A stretch of DNA of 64,000 nucleotides from the human T2T-CHM13v2.0 reference genome, Homo sapiens. Shown one piece after another: positions 14,303 to 27,769 of the stretch; the stretch's first letter is position 1, and each line of letters opens with the position of its first letter. The position numbers were made by a program, and so were the translations under genes. A model generated the notes under the pieces. The model searched no databases. It was not told the origin of the DNA and saw only the letters and a list, made by a program, of their open reading frames with translations. Location: the NCBI RefSeq assembly GCF_009914755.1, contig NC_060925.1. One strand, given 5' to 3'.

Positions 14303-15079
14303 TACAATCTAAAAGGGAAAAAAGAGCAGTTCATTAGTTGGTATGCCTTCATGCATTTTCCTTTACTTGCCATTGGCCACATAAATGGATCCTGGTTTCC
14401 TCATCTGAAAATTCAGGATAGATAGTCGCTGGTTTTTTAAGATTAAATAAAGTAACATGAAGGCACTTTGAAAATTCTAAAAGGCAAAATAAATCTAAAA
14501 TGCTATTTTAACAAACAATATATTTGCTAAAGTTTCAGCATTATGTCAAAAAATAAACTTAGAAACACAGACCCCACCATTTTTTTTACACTCCAGATGT
14601 TAAAACATCTTGTTTAGTCACTTTAGCATACATCTCAAATTTATGATCAATTTGTTTGAGACAGTCCTGTTGTATTTAAAAAATAACATACTCGACAAAT
14701 AGAATTCTTCTGGACAGGTACGAAGTTAGCACTATTTGGAAATGGCTGCAGGGATGCATATTTCCTGGGCACCCACTAATTGCCGGGTACTGGACTAGAA
14801 TCCTCTGCTGGCATGCTGCTCCCTGTGGCTCCTCAGCCCTTGATTCTTGGAGCCCTCTTTCCACTCATTGAACTGTGTTGCTGTTGATCTGTCCTCTCTT
14901 CCATACTGAAGACTCTGCAGTTCAAGACTTGCCAGTTATCTTTTCATTCTGAGCACACAGTAGGCTTGTAAGACACTCCTGTTGAAGTGGAGTGAATTCA
15001 TCTTTTCCACTATATAATAGTAAAAGTAGGTCCCAGTTATTGAGCTTTTAAGTCAAAAGCTTCTGATATGCATTAATAA

Positions 15080-15312
15080 TCATTGATTCTTGCTGAGCCT
15101 CACCATGAACCAGGCACTAATCTGAGCACTGTACACATGTTGATTCATTTTAACCCCATGAGAAAGGCATGATTGTCAGTCTTGATGTACAGATAAGGAA
15201 ATAAGAGGCCCAGAGTGATTATGGGACTTGCCCAATGTCACCTGGCAAAGTTTTGTTTGACCCCAGCAGTCTGGTTCCAGAACCTAGGCTTTTAACCAAA
15301 ACTACACTGCCT
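15080..15312 (-). mobile_element. MIR SINE
   Basis: ACAGATAAGGAAATAAGAGGCCCAGAG...GACTTGCCCAATGTCAC...GACCCCAGCAGTCTGGTTCCAGA. Confidence 0.8.
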
Positions 15313-15313
15313 T

Positions 15314-15660
15314 TGTATTAGTTCATTCTCACCCTTCTAATAACAAATACCCAAGACTGGGTAATTTATAAAGAAAAGAGGTTTAATTGACTCACATGGC
15401 TGGGAAGGCCTCAGGAAACTTACAATCATGGCAGAAGGCACCTCTTCACAGGGCAGCAGGAGAGAGAGTGAATGCCAGCAAGGGAAATGCCAGACGCTTA
15501 TAAAACCATTAGGTCTTATGAGAACTCACTCACTATCATGAGAAGAGCATGAGGGAAACCACCCCCATGATCAATTCACTTCCCATGAGGTCCGTTTCTC
15601 AACATCTGGGGATTACAACTCAAGATGAGATTTGGGCGGGGACACAGCCAAACCATATCA
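15314..15660 (-). mobile_element. THE1 (THE1D-like) MaLR solo LTR
   Basis: TGTATTAGTTCATTCTCAC...GATGAGATTTGGGCGGGGACACAGCCAAACCATATCA; near-TSD GCCTT/GTCTT. Confidence 0.9.
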
Positions 15661-16399
15661 GTCTTGCATGTGATCTGATTGATTTTTCATTTAATTTTCA
15701 GAAGTCAGTGCCTTGAGTGCTTAACTTTGCACCCAGGGTTCTAGTTACTTCTGGATGCTTATCTTTCTTTTGGACTATAAACTCCTGGAAGGCAGATGCT
15801 TATCTAGCAACCCTCAAGTTTCACTCATGCTTGCTTTTGCACTAGAATAAATCAGTACACTGTTGTTGACAATTCTGCTCAGCTATCTCACTGTTGGCGT
15901 GCAGTGGCTTTTTTTTTTTTTTTTTTGCATTTATCTTTCCAAGTGTGCCAGTTTCAGGCCTCCCAAACTCAGGCACCCGGCATAGGCAGGTCTCCAGGTA
16001 GACTCCAAGAGTTAACAGGTGAGAGCCACTGCCCTGCTCAGCAGCAAGGTTCCTGCCTTCCCTTTTAGGTAACTCAGCTGAAACAGATCTCTTTCCTGAG
16101 GACACTCCCAGAATGTTTATTGTTCTATCACCTCCTGCATCACAGATTCCACAGTACCAGCATTTCTTTTGAGGGAAAAGAATAAAAACATAAGGCAAAG
16201 GCTGATTATATGCATAAATCTGAATAGTTATTATTGTAGTGAACAAAGTCTACTTGTCTACAATGAAGTTATTGATAAAATTTGCAACTGTGGCTTAGCC
16301 ATCTCTCTAGTGTTGCAGGACACCTATCTCATAGTGCCGTTTAGATCCCATGCCTAGATGTCCTCTGAATTCACCCTTTCATCCAAGCCTCCACAGCTA

Positions 16400-17680
16400 G
16401 TACACTGGCAAGCCAAGCAAGTTAACCTTTCCTGGTGTACTTTGACTCTGAGCACCTCTCTCCACCTCCACTGATATCACCCAAACTCAAGCCTGCATCA
16501 TGCCTGTCCTGGGCCATCTGGCAGCAGCCCCTAGTAGGCCTTGCTACATCTACTCTTGCCACCCCAGCAATCAGATCTCCTAAAGGAATAGTATTTTTGA
16601 AAATATTAATCAAGATACCTCATTCCTCTGCTATAAATCCTCTAAGGTCTTCCTATTGCACTTAGAATAAACTCGAAATTCCATACCTGACTTCCTTCAT
16701 AAGACCCACCCCCCTGCCAACTGTTATGTAGTGTCACTGGCCGCTTTGCTTTTTCAACACATTAAGCTCATTCATGTCTCAGATTCTGTGCATTGCTGTT
16801 CCTACTGATTACTCAGCTTCCAGCACCCACACACAGACATCCCCAGGACTCATTCCCTCACTCATTCAGCTATAAATGTCACCTCCTAAGACCCATCTCT
16901 TACCTAAAATAGCTCCTGTCTTGCTCTCTGCCTTCATCCTATGCCATTTTCACATATCCATGTTTGGCATGATCTTGTGTGTGTGTGTGTGTGCATGTGT
17001 GTGCGTGTGTGTGTGTAAATTTAGTTGTTCACTGTCTGTCCCTGTAGTAGGGTAAATAATGGTCTCAAAGATGTCCACATCCTGTCCTAATCCCCAAAAC
17101 CTGTGATTATGTTACCTTACATGGTAAACGTACTTTGCAGATATGATTGGATTAGTGCTCTTGGGATGGGGAGACTATTCTGAATTATCTGGGTGGGCCC
17201 AATATAATTACAGGGTTCTTATTAAAGGGAGATGCAGGATCAGAGTCAGAGAGAGAAGATGTAAGGACAGAATCAGGGGTCAGGGAAGAGAAAAGATGCT
17301 ATGCTGCTGGACTTGAACATGGAGGAAGAGGCCACGGGTCAAGGAATACAGGTGCAGGCATTCCTAGAAGCTGGAAAAGGTAACAAAGTGGATTCTAGAG
17401 CCTCCAGAAGGAAAATGGGACTGCCAAGATCTTAATTTCAGCCCAGTGAAATGGATTTCTGACTTCTGATTTCCAGAACCTTAAAATAATAAATTCACAT
17501 TGTTTTGAGCTACTAAGTTTGTAGTATTTTGCTATAGTGACCACAGGAAATGAATCCATCCCCACCCCACAACTAGAATGTAAACTGTAAACTTTATAAA
17601 TATAGGGATTATTTCCTAGAATAGTGCTTAGATCATAGGAGGCATTAAAAAAAGGATTTGTTGCATCAGTGAATGAAACC
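16400..17680 (+). mobile_element. L2 LINE 3' region interrupted by (TG)n and MLT1D
   Basis: CTCATTCAGCTATAAATGTCACCTCC...; after the LTR it resumes ACTAGAATGTAAACT...GTGAATGAA (L2 tail); boundaries approximate. Confidence 0.7.
17043..17558 (+). mobile_element. MLT1D-like MaLR solo LTR
   Basis: TGTAGTAGGGTAAATAATGGTCTCAAAGATGTCCACATCC...CTAGAAGCTGGAAAAGG...CTAAGTTTGTAGTATTTTGCTATAG. Confidence 0.85.
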
Positions 17681-19632
17681 ATGAACGGTATGTGTACATG
17701 GGTGTCTTCTACATGAGGCTAAGAGTGGCTTGAGGGCAAGGACTGTACCTTATTGCTGTCCACACACCTATTCCCCTTCGTGCCTGACACACAGCAGTCA
17801 ACACAACTCAGGTGATTTGAAGGAAGTAGCATACATTTGTCAAATTGAATGATCTGGAAATAGTTGATAATGTCATAGTTAAATATGCTTCATAAGTATG
17901 TAGTCTTTTACAAGGAAAATTGGAATGTGTGTAATGTGAATATAGCAGCTAGTATTATTTTTATGTTTTTCCCTATCTGAGCTTATAGTAAAGAAGTCCA
18001 GTTGTGAATGAAAAGAAACTCAAAGACATACACATTTTAAAATTCTCATTCTGTTTCAGAATTGCTTCTCTAATGAAAGGATCCAGCTTGTCCTCATGAT
18101 CTGAAAACACCTACCCATGAGGCACTGAGAGCCTACAGCAGGTGGGAGGGTCAGAAGGCCTTGAGCCTCACTCAGCAGCTGCTCCAAGAACCCTAGGCTC
18201 TGTCAGATATGTGCACCCCATGTATAAAAGCTGTTTCCCATAGTATAGTTCGGTTTCTTCACTCTATGGATTAGCTAGGGCCGATTAAGTAACCAATTTA
18301 TGTACTCAGAGCTGTTTAAATGCATGCTGTGTCTGCATGATAGATGGCGATGTTCTTCTCTGAACCACCATTCCTTCCCCAGGATATTTTCCCCCTCAAA
18401 AATAAATACGAAAAAGAGTCTAAAATAATACTGCAAGAGAAACAGGAAATTCAAAACTTTTCTCAGCTAATTCTAACAAAGTCTTAAAAACCAGATGGCA
18501 TGAATAATTCTACCTGTGCGAGGGCTGACAGAGATGTGGGTCAGAAGCCTGCTGGAAGCTAGGGTGGTACAGCGAAAGGCACAACGGCCTTGGAGTCGGA
18601 GAGACCTGGGTTCAAATTCCAGGTGGGCACCTATTAGCTTCAGTCCTGGGCAAGTCAAAGTACTCCTTTGTTCTTTGCTCTAGTAAAAAGGGGATAATAG
18701 TGTTTCATTTTCAGGTTGATGTGAAGTTTAGAAGTATGTATCTAAATACCTGTATATCGGTAGCAGGAAATGAGGAGTCACAAACTCAGGTTTCCACAGG
18801 GACCTGGCATGTTGCATAAAGGAGAGGCTGTCCAGGTGGACCCGTAATGAATTGGCAAGTATGTGCCCATCGAAAGGGGCAGCTGCTGCTGTGCTGCATC
18901 CAGCTGGGAGTGACCATGTGGAAATGAGGGCCCTGGTGTGCCAGAACTTCTCATTTTTCAAAAGAAGCAAGAATGATTATTATTTTTTATGTAAAATCTC
19001 TTAAGCTTTCAATGTTCACAGCAAATTCAAAGTTAAAAACAAACAAACAAACCCCAAATTACTGATCAGATCAAACACAACATCTATGAACAGAACCTGG
19101 CCTAAGGTCCATCAGTTAATGGTTTGTGCTCTAGATAAATGGTCATTATTATTGCAACTTGGAGGAGCTTTTAGAAACAGAAAGTGTCATACTGTCTTAA
19201 AGAAATGCTTTCAGTTTGAAGCACCACTTAATAATACTGGTCCATGATGAAGCTTTCACTGTTTTGTGGTGAAATGAAAAAAATAAGTTTATTCCTCCCT
19301 CCCACAAAAGCTAAATTTAATCCATTAAAACATTTGTAAGGAGTAAGTAAGTCCTTTCTTCTTTTGTGATACAGTCTTCTTTCCTTATGAGATGATTGTG
19401 ACAGTGGGTGATAGGTTTAAGCTGTTTTTCACATCCTTGCTTGGAAAAATTATAGGTTGCCAGTGCTATGTTGGACTCCTTCTCTTTGTAAATTTAGTTT
19501 TACTGTTTCTTAACATCCTAGGGCTAGCGACCACTGGTTTGGGGCATTTTTACTAATGTGAATTTTGTTTCCATAGTGGATATTGTAAAAGCTGTTGATT
19601 TCTCCTCATTATCCATTTTTGCCTTCTTTCTT

Positions 19633-19941
19633 TCTTTCTTTTTTTTTTTTTTTTTTTTTTGAGATGGAGTCTCGCTCTGTCGCCCAGGCTAGAGTGCAGT
19701 GCTGCTGTCTCGGCTCACTGCAAACTCCCTCTCCCGGGTTCACGCCATTCTCCTGCCTCAGCTCCCGAGTAGTTGGGACTACAGGCACCCACCACCGCGC
19801 CTGGCTAATTTTTTTGTATTTTTCGTAGAGACAGGGTTTCACCATGTTAGCCAGGATGGTCTTGATCTCCTGACCTCATGATCCACCCGCCTCGGCCTCC
19901 CAAAGTGCTGGGATTACAGGCATGAGCCACTGCGCCCGGCC
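19633..19941 (-). mobile_element. AluY, full length
   Basis: TTCACGCCATTCTCC and TTAGCCAGGATGG; long T tail; imperfect TSD TTTGCCTTCTTTCTT / TCTGTCTTCTTTCTT. Confidence 0.93.
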
Positions 19942-19984
19942 TCTGTCTTCTTTCTTAGTAAGAGAATATTCTTCCAGGCCTGTG

Positions 19985-20368
19985 CCCTCCAAGAATAAAT
20001 ACTGTATTTTACAGCCCCTTTGCTGTTTCGTGTCCACATGACTAAGTTCTGGTCAAAGGTTAGCAGAAGTATATTCGGACATTTTCTTGAAGCTTTCTTC
20101 AACAAATAACTAGCATGCTGTCTTGCTTTTTCTTCTTTCTACATCTGCTACTTGGAACGTGGATGTAATGGCTGAAGAGCCATCCTGAAGGACAGAGCAG
20201 GAAGCTGGAAGGAGCCTGGATTCCTGAGGACTTCACAGAGTAGCACTGCCAAATCCACCCTAGGACCATCAACTTCTGACTTATCTGTGAAAGAGAAACA
20301 GACTTCTCTCTTATTTAAACCAGTATTATCGTACTACTTGGAACTGTAACTAATCCTAACTGACAACA
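19985..20368 (+). mobile_element. Ancient ERVL/MaLR LTR (MLT1J/K- or LTR33-like)
   Basis: CACATGACTAAGTTCTGGTCAA, GGAAGGAGCCTGGATTCCTGA and a terminal CTAATCCTAACTGACA. Confidence 0.6.
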
Positions 20369-20849
20369 CTGGGGGAAATGTTTGTAGCTAGGTGCTGTCA
20401 TTTGTACCAAATACTTGTTTGGGATTAATTTCCCATGTGAATCAATAAAAGGGAGAGAGAATTGAGTCAAAGAAAAAAAAAGTTCTTTGGAACAGTCTTG
20501 GATTTAAAAACAGTCTCCAAGCAATTCTTAGTGATACTGCAAACACAATTAGCAAGCTTTACCAACTGAAAGCATCTTAAGGGTTTACAGTGGAACTACA
20601 TGTCTTCAGGTCATCACTAACAACTCATGACTGGAGATGACATGTCATGTTCCTACAGGAAGTTCATAATGAAATACTATCGTCATAGCTGAGTGTGAGG
20701 GCCCCTGTAAGTACTGAAACAGTGCTGTAAATACCCACAGATGGTCTTACTAGAATAGTAAGGGTACTAACTGCTGCTATCTACAAGCGCCCTATAAGAA
20801 TGGAGTGTGTCTGAGGGAAGGCACTGTGGCTTTTATTTCTTTACCCCTA

Positions 20850-21280
20850 CTACCTGTCCAGTGTTCTTACTATGGCCCCTCCCTCATTTGCTCACTCACC
20901 ACTTCCTGGACACCCCGACATTTCCTTTGCTTCTGAATTATGCTGAGCTCATTCCTTCCTCTGGGCTAGTACATTTCCTGTTTCTTCTGTCCAGAGGGAT
21001 CTTTTCTCAGACCTTCCTGAGAAGACTCTATCTCACTGTTCAGATCTCAGCTCAGATGTTACCTTCTCGAGAAGTCTTTCCTTGACGTATGAAATTTGAA
21101 TATTTTCCTCAGTCACTCTCAATGGCACTTAACACCATCTGAAATTATGTATTCGTTTCCTGCATATTGAATCTGTTTTTTAATGCTTAGAATAAGGGCA
21201 AAGACCTTGTCAGTTTTGCTCACCTGGTTTCTCCAAACATAGTAAACACTCAACAGACAGTTGAATGAAAGACTATTTAA
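20850..21280 (+). mobile_element. L2 LINE 3' fragment
   Basis: TTCAGATCTCAGCTCAGATGTTACCTTCTCGAGAAGTCTTTCCTTGAC...CATAGTAAACACTCAACAGACAGTTGAATGAA. Confidence 0.75.
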
Positions 21281-21856
21281 CATGACACAATTACCATAGG
21301 CAATCTGTGGGATTCTACAAGAAATCTATAATGTTCTGTAGGTACTTATAGGAGATCTATAATGGCAGCGCAGGCATTATAGATAATCTATGGTTTCCTA
21401 CAGATCACCTGCTCTGGGAATATAAATCCTTTCAGATTCTTTTTAAAGGGGCTAAGACCCCCTTTAGGCAATCTGTGATGGCCGTATCTATCCAAATATT
21501 ATGAAATGGGTCTACAGGGTATTTTGAATTGCTCAATAGAAAAGTGAGGGAGGATATTTCACATACTGCCAGAGTAGGAAAAGCATGACCAAAAGCAAGG
21601 TGGTAGGAGAAGTGTCAGAATCCCTGGGGAACAAGGCATCAACAGGACTAGCAGGTCTGCCATGCTCTGAGGGTGGCAGAGGATTGGTAACTAAGCATAG
21701 AGCCAAACTGTGGAGGAACCTGAGGGTACGCAAAGGAATTTTGACTTGAGTGTTTCTCTCTGGGCATCAGATTTCTCACCTGTAAATGAGCTGATGTGCT
21801 CTATTTAAGGATGCTAACTGCCTAGCCAGTGGACCGTCATTCTGTCACTCTGTGTC

Positions 21857-22259
21857 AGTAGTGGACATTCTTGGTACCCTGCCCAGACTCCCTTTCCTGG
21901 GCTGGTGCACATACTGCCCAGCTGCTGTGAGTGTCAGCTGCTAATGACTGACAGCTGCTCCCTTCTTCCAAGAATAGCCCTCTGCTGAGGAGAGCCACCA
22001 GGCTGGGGGTATGAACCATTCCCATCCCCACATCCATAGCCAATGACCAACCGCCAGTGTACGAGAGGTTAGCCCCCTGCCTCAATTCACACTGCAGTGG
22101 CCCAGGTTGGTCCCCAGCTGAGACCACATCCTTGTTTAACTTTCTACTCTGCCTTCAGCCTGCTTGTCTCTCTCCCCTTCTGAGAGGCTCCTTACTAAAT
22201 ATTTTCCACAAGTACCCCGTCTCAAGCCCAACATCTAAGGAAGAACCCAAGTTAAGATG
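21857..22259 (+). mobile_element. LTR16C-like ERVL solo LTR
   Basis: CCCTGCCCAGACTCCC...CCCAGCTGCTGTGAGTGTCAGCTGCTAATGACTGACAGCTGCTCCCTTC...CAGCTGAGACCACATCCTTG...GAACCCAAGTTAAGA. Confidence 0.8.
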
Positions 22260-22906
22260 GGTCCCTTGGCATACATCACTGCATTGATCAGAACACTCTT
22301 GCCCTACAAGCTCAGATGCCATCTTAAAATTGTCACCTCCGCAATTCAAGCAACACTTCCACTCCTTTGACACTGGCATTGGAGAGAAAACCTGTTTGAC
22401 AAACCCTGAGCTAGAAGATCTCTAAGGTCCCTTGCTTTGCTGACATTTTATAAAATGACACTTTTTAGGTGACTTTAACTTGTGTTGTGAATGAAAATGG
22501 GAAAACAGAGAATCAGAGGTACTGAAATCGAAGAAATTTCAAACTCCTTTTCCCAAGACTCACCTGTGCTTGTTTGCTCATTCATGAACATTCTCCTGCC
22601 ATAAAAGACAAAAGGTACCTGGGTTCTATTTGCCTAGCACAGAATTGGGCACTTGGGACATGCTACCTAAATATCTGGTGATTTCCACACTTACATAACT
22701 TCTCATTTTACCTAGAAAAGAACTTCCTGCTGCTTACAAATAAGGGACTATGAGTGTGATGTTAAGAAGACCCACTGAAGGATTTCTGGACTAGAACAAA
22801 AACTCCAGGGAAGAGATCTTCTTCCTCAGGAAAAGGGAAATAAAAGATGCACCCTCTCTGCAGACTCCACTGATACAGGAAAGAATATCATACTAAAGGA
22901 GAAGAA

Positions 22907-23232
<326 letters not shown>

Positions 23233-23595
23233 TTAGGGGTTGGCTGGGAAGTGTGTCAGTAAGTGAGAAATAGGAAAGAAGATCCTGTGGGTTCTGGTAC
23301 TTTGCTTTTACATTTGAGAAGTGATTCCTAAACAGTGCACCTGTCCACAGGGGAGCTTAGACGGTGGACAGGGGTGCTGGGTTCTGTGATGGGACCAAGT
23401 CACCAAGTGGTGATAAATGAGAGCAGGAGAGAGTCTCAGGCAGCCTTTCCGGAGCCTTTTGGAATTAATGTTTGTTAAGAATATTAACAGCTATTACACA
23501 GATAATAGCATTACTATTTTTTTAGTTGCAGAATCAGCATATACATACACATGTATATATGTGTGAGTGTGTGTGTATATTTAAACTAGAGAGAC

Positions 23596-23830
23596 AGCTG
23601 AGTACAGTGGATAAGAATTTAGATCCTGGAGACAGACTGTGGTCAAATCCTGGCTCTGCAACAACTTTGTGACCTTGGGCAACTGACTGAACTGCTCTGT
23701 GCTATAGGCTATAATTCCATCATCTTTTAAAAAGATGCTAATGATAATATCTCACCTTACAGAGCTGTCATGAGAATTAAATGAGTTAACCTTTGTAAAA
23801 CACAGAGTATGTTACGTAGGTGTTTCTAAG
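23596..23830 (+). mobile_element. MIR SINE
   Basis: GTACAGTGGATAAGA...TCAAATCCTGGCTCTGC...GTGACCTTGGGCAACTGACT...GAGAATTAAATGAGTTAA. Confidence 0.85.
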
Positions 23831-24174
23831 CAAACAATGTGCTCATTTTGTCAAGGGTAATGAAGAAAACAATGGATTCAATGGATTTATTTAAACTGCA
23901 GGACTCCTCAGGACCTAAAGTGTTAATATCCTTTATGACAGGAATATGATGGGTAGCAGTTAGAGATCCTTTTTTATGGAGCATCCTGCAGGACAAGTAT
24001 CCATTAAACAGTTAGGGGGACAAAACCTCGCTTAAGGAGATAGCCCTATCAGGTGAGGAATAAAGAGAGTGAACTAACTTTTATGGAGCACCTGGTACAT
24101 GACAACGCTGTGCTAGGAGCATGATTTGCCTTATCCTTCTTAACTACAACATTTTGAGGCTATTAAGTCATCTA

Positions 24175-24463
24175 TTTATTTTTTATTTTTTGAGACAGAA
24201 TCTTGCTCTATTGCCCATGCTGGAATGCAGTGGTGCAATCATAACTCACTGAAGCCTCAAACTCCTGGGCTCAGGTGATCCTTTCACCTCAGCCTCCAAT
24301 TAGCTAGGACCACAGGGGCATGCTACCAGGCCTGGCTAATTTTTTAAACTATTTTTGTAGAGATAGGGTCTCCCTGTGTTGCCAGGCTGGTCTTGAACTC
24401 CTGGGCTCAAGTGTTTCTCCCCGCTTGGCCTCCCACGGTGCTATGATTACAGACATGAGTCAG
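24175..24463 (-). mobile_element. AluJ nested within a minus-strand MIR (about 24075-24520)
   Basis: J-type ATCATAACTCACTGAAGCCTCAAACTCCTGGGCTCA; MIR sequence resumes CCTATTTTATAGATAAAGAATTGGAGCT. Confidence 0.9.
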
Positions 24464-25761
24464 GGCCCCTATTTTATAGATAAAGAATTGGAGCTTTAGA
24501 GAGATGGAGTTGGCCAAGAGTGTCCTATGAAATATTTTAGGGCCAGCAGGGACAATCCTTCTTTGTCCAACTGCCAAGCTTCATCCTGGGAAAATGGAGG
24601 TCAGGGAGGACTTCAAGGAGGGGAGGGGTCAACTGGATCCAGAGCAGAGTGGGACTCTGACCAAGGGCTGAGCAGGCATGAATACCACCTGAGACGCAGA
24701 ACAGGACAGCAAGGCTGCTAGAGACTGTCAAGGCACAGAAAGACTGAGCTGGTGACAAGAACAACGACTGGAGACATTTGACACATCCCAGAATCCTCGC
24801 CTTTACTGTATTTGTTACTTCGTTACTATCTGCCTGCTTCCAACAGGGATCCATGGTCATTCCCTCCAGAGCAGGCTTGCAGGCTTGTTTTCAGGGGTAG
24901 CAAAAATGGCAATCCTGGAGAATTTGTTTCTCTGGTGCCAGCTGAGACTCCGCCCCGAAAGGAGAACCTCCCAGTAGAGGAGCTCAGTGCGAGAAGGGGT
25001 CTGGGCTTTCCACAGGAAAATTTCACACAAGGCCAAGCAGATGATGAGTTTGGATGTCCTAACCTATTCTCTTACATAGGTACATATGGGGTGATGGGGA
25101 AGATTCCTTTACTCAACCAATGTTTACAGGGTTAAACGAGAATGATAGGTCCCTCTGGACTTGTTTCCAGGACTCCAGGGAAAATGCTAGTTTTGTATGA
25201 GATGAATCTCAAAAAATGCTTATTAAACAGATGACTGACTGGTAATTGAGTGAACTTGACTTTTGAAATATGTACAGAAATAGAGTGTTTCCCATGAGGG
25301 GATAAACCCGCAGATACAACTATCAGCAAAACCTGGGGTGAGAGTGAAGGGAAGGGGTTGGATTAAAGAGGGCTTTGAGATAAGAGGTACCCAACATGTG
25401 GCACAGTGCCAGGCACCCAGACACCTAAAAGATGTGCTGCCTGTCCTCATGCTTTCCTTCTCAGGCCAGCAGCAGCAGGAGTAGGGGAGAGAACACAGAT
25501 GCAGAGAGGGAGAGCTAGACAGGAGGAGGTAGGAGGAGGACGTAACAGCTGCAGTGCCACAGGCTCTGGGTCTGGAAGCAGGGGGGCAGCGCGGCAGACA
25601 CACCTACTGCCCTAAATCATTAGCAGCAACAGCACGCAGAGCTTTGTTTGTGTTGCCTTCTGCTCCAGATTGTTGCTTCCTCACTGACAAGACAATTTGC
25701 AGACTGGCCTACTTTCTCATGCCCACCTTCTGCCTTGGGTTCAAAGAGTTGGTCACAAGGG

Positions 25762-26064
25762 GTGTGTGTGTGTTTTTGTGTCTGGGTGTGTGTGTGTGTG
25801 TGAGAGAGAGAGAGACAGAATTCACAAGGTTAAGCTTGTGTGCCTGTTTGTCTGAGAATGTGTTTGTGTGCATAAGACTGAGAGACAGAATTCATGACCT
25901 TGAACTTGTGTGTATTGGGGGAGACAACAGAATTCATAAGCTTGAGTGTGTGTGTGTGTATGTGTGTGTGCACATGCACGTGTGTGAGAGAATTCATGAG
26001 CTTGAGTTTGCGTTTAAGAGAGGGAGTGAGATTGTTGTGTGTGTGTGTGTGCGTGTGCGTGTGT
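25762..26064. repeat. Compound (TG)n/(GA)n tract with four copies of an AGAATTCA...TTG core
   Basis: GAATTC at 25818, 25888, 25930 and 25990, each in GAGA(CA)GAATTCAYRAS(C/G)TTRA context. Confidence 0.8.
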
Positions 26065-27149
26065 AGGAGCCCTGAGATGGGGGAGAGTTGGCCTGAAAAT
26101 GATAAAAGGCCTTCCTTTTACTCAGTAATTTTACTGCTTTTGTGAGGGAATAACAAGCTGGGATAGTGCGTGGGGGTGGGGAAGAGGGCGCAGAACTCAT
26201 GAACCCTCACTGAAGGGCTCTCCTACCCTCTATCTTTACTTCTGTACTTTTGAACAATGCTGGGGCTTACTCAGGATTTCCAGTTTCTGCAGGGTTTGGG
26301 GGAAACTGAGGTTGTCCCTAAGAGGGTTTAGGCTGGGGACTCTGAGGCTAGGCGATTGTAAGTTCCTCCGTGGAAAGGTGCACACATGATCCCTCACACC
26401 TGCGCCTCTGGATCTGGCATGTGATCCAGCACTAGCAGGTGCTCAGTAAATGTTGTTGCATCTCTTTGGTATTAAGTGGGATTCTCGCTGCAGAGAGTGA
26501 CTGACTTGCCTCTGAAGGCAATCAAAACCATATTCCAAAGTACTAATGCTTCCCTCATTTGTATGGTTTCATTGCCAGGTTCCTTGCCTGATACAGATAG
26601 GCCCCCAATTACTTCTTGACTGAGATATTTTTTGAACTAACCAGTTGCTTGACCAAACTCAATCTTCTGCATATTGCTCTTGAGCTATTTGTATACAGAG
26701 ACACAGACATAGAGCAAGGCATCAGTAGGCTTTGGCAGTGGAGTCCAGACTCAAATGCCCTGAGCAGTCCTGCAGTAGCTTAAATGTGTGATGCAATGTG
26801 TGATAAGAAACAGGAGAGGTGGGAGGGCAGGTATTTATACTCGACTATTAAAGAAACATACAACAAAAACAAACAAACAGAAAAGGTGAGTATGCATGTT
26901 TTCAATCAGTTTCAGAAATAAGAGACCTGTATTTTCAGTTATACCCTTTGGGGGTGTTAACGTTTCTACCCATTAGAAGACAGCTGGCATGGAGGCAGGA
27001 GGAGAGACTCTTACTTCGGGTTTGGAATGAGATGAAGGGGACTGTGCAAGGCATCTTTTGCCCAGTAAATCCTGTCACTGCAAACCTTGACATTACCCCA
27101 CTCACACAGAAAAGTTGTGAGGCTAGACTAGGGTGGCAGAGCTGGACAT

Positions 27150-27500
27150 AGATATGGGTTTGAATCCAGGCTGCACTATTAGCTGTATGTCTGTGGATGA
27201 GATATTAAATGTTGATGATAGTCTATCTTCTTATACATAAAGTGCAGAAATAATAACTGACTTAATGATAACATATGGAATGTTTTCTGTGATAAGTATT
27301 CACCACATTTTAGTGTGTTTAATCATGACAACAGCAAGTCTGTGTGGTAGCTACTATCATTTTTCCTGTTTTGTGGACTAGGAAACTGAGACAGAGAGGT
27401 TAAGTAACTTGACCAAGATCACACAGCTATGGTATGGTAGATTCTAGACTTGAGCTAGGGCTAGCTTAATTCCAAAGCTGATATTCTTAAGCATTTTGCT
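27150..27500. mobile_element. Two adjacent MIR fragments in opposite orientation
   Basis: Plus: GGGTTTGAATCCAGGCTGCACTATTAGCTGT; minus: GGAAACTGAGACAGAGAGGTTAAGTAACTTGACCAAGATCACACAGCT. Confidence 0.75.
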
Positions 27501-27769
27501 GCTCCATCGCTGCCTTTGTGCAATTTTGTGAGGACTAGATGGGATTTTCTCTATGAAGTGTATGAGAAAATGCCTACCTAGAATATAGACAGTGTTTGCT
27601 CTGTGCACTTCCTAGTCATTTGTCTCCCCTTCCTGGTCTTCTTTGAGTTTTACTCCTTAGTTTAGGCCATGAGGATCCTACAAGGTCCTCCTAAGGCCAG
27701 CCAGAAGTTGTGCTTCCATGATTTAAAAATTAAACCCTGTTGTCTCCATGTCTGAATAATTGAGGTTTT

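Noticed and set aside
25576-25592. CTCF site at GAAGCAGGGGGGCAGC
   Set aside because: Six Gs shift the register and the 5' CC is missing.
25554-26066. Longest ORF (170 aa) as a real gene
   Set aside because: It runs through TG/GA microsatellites, giving CV/ER low complexity, and has no recognisable domain.
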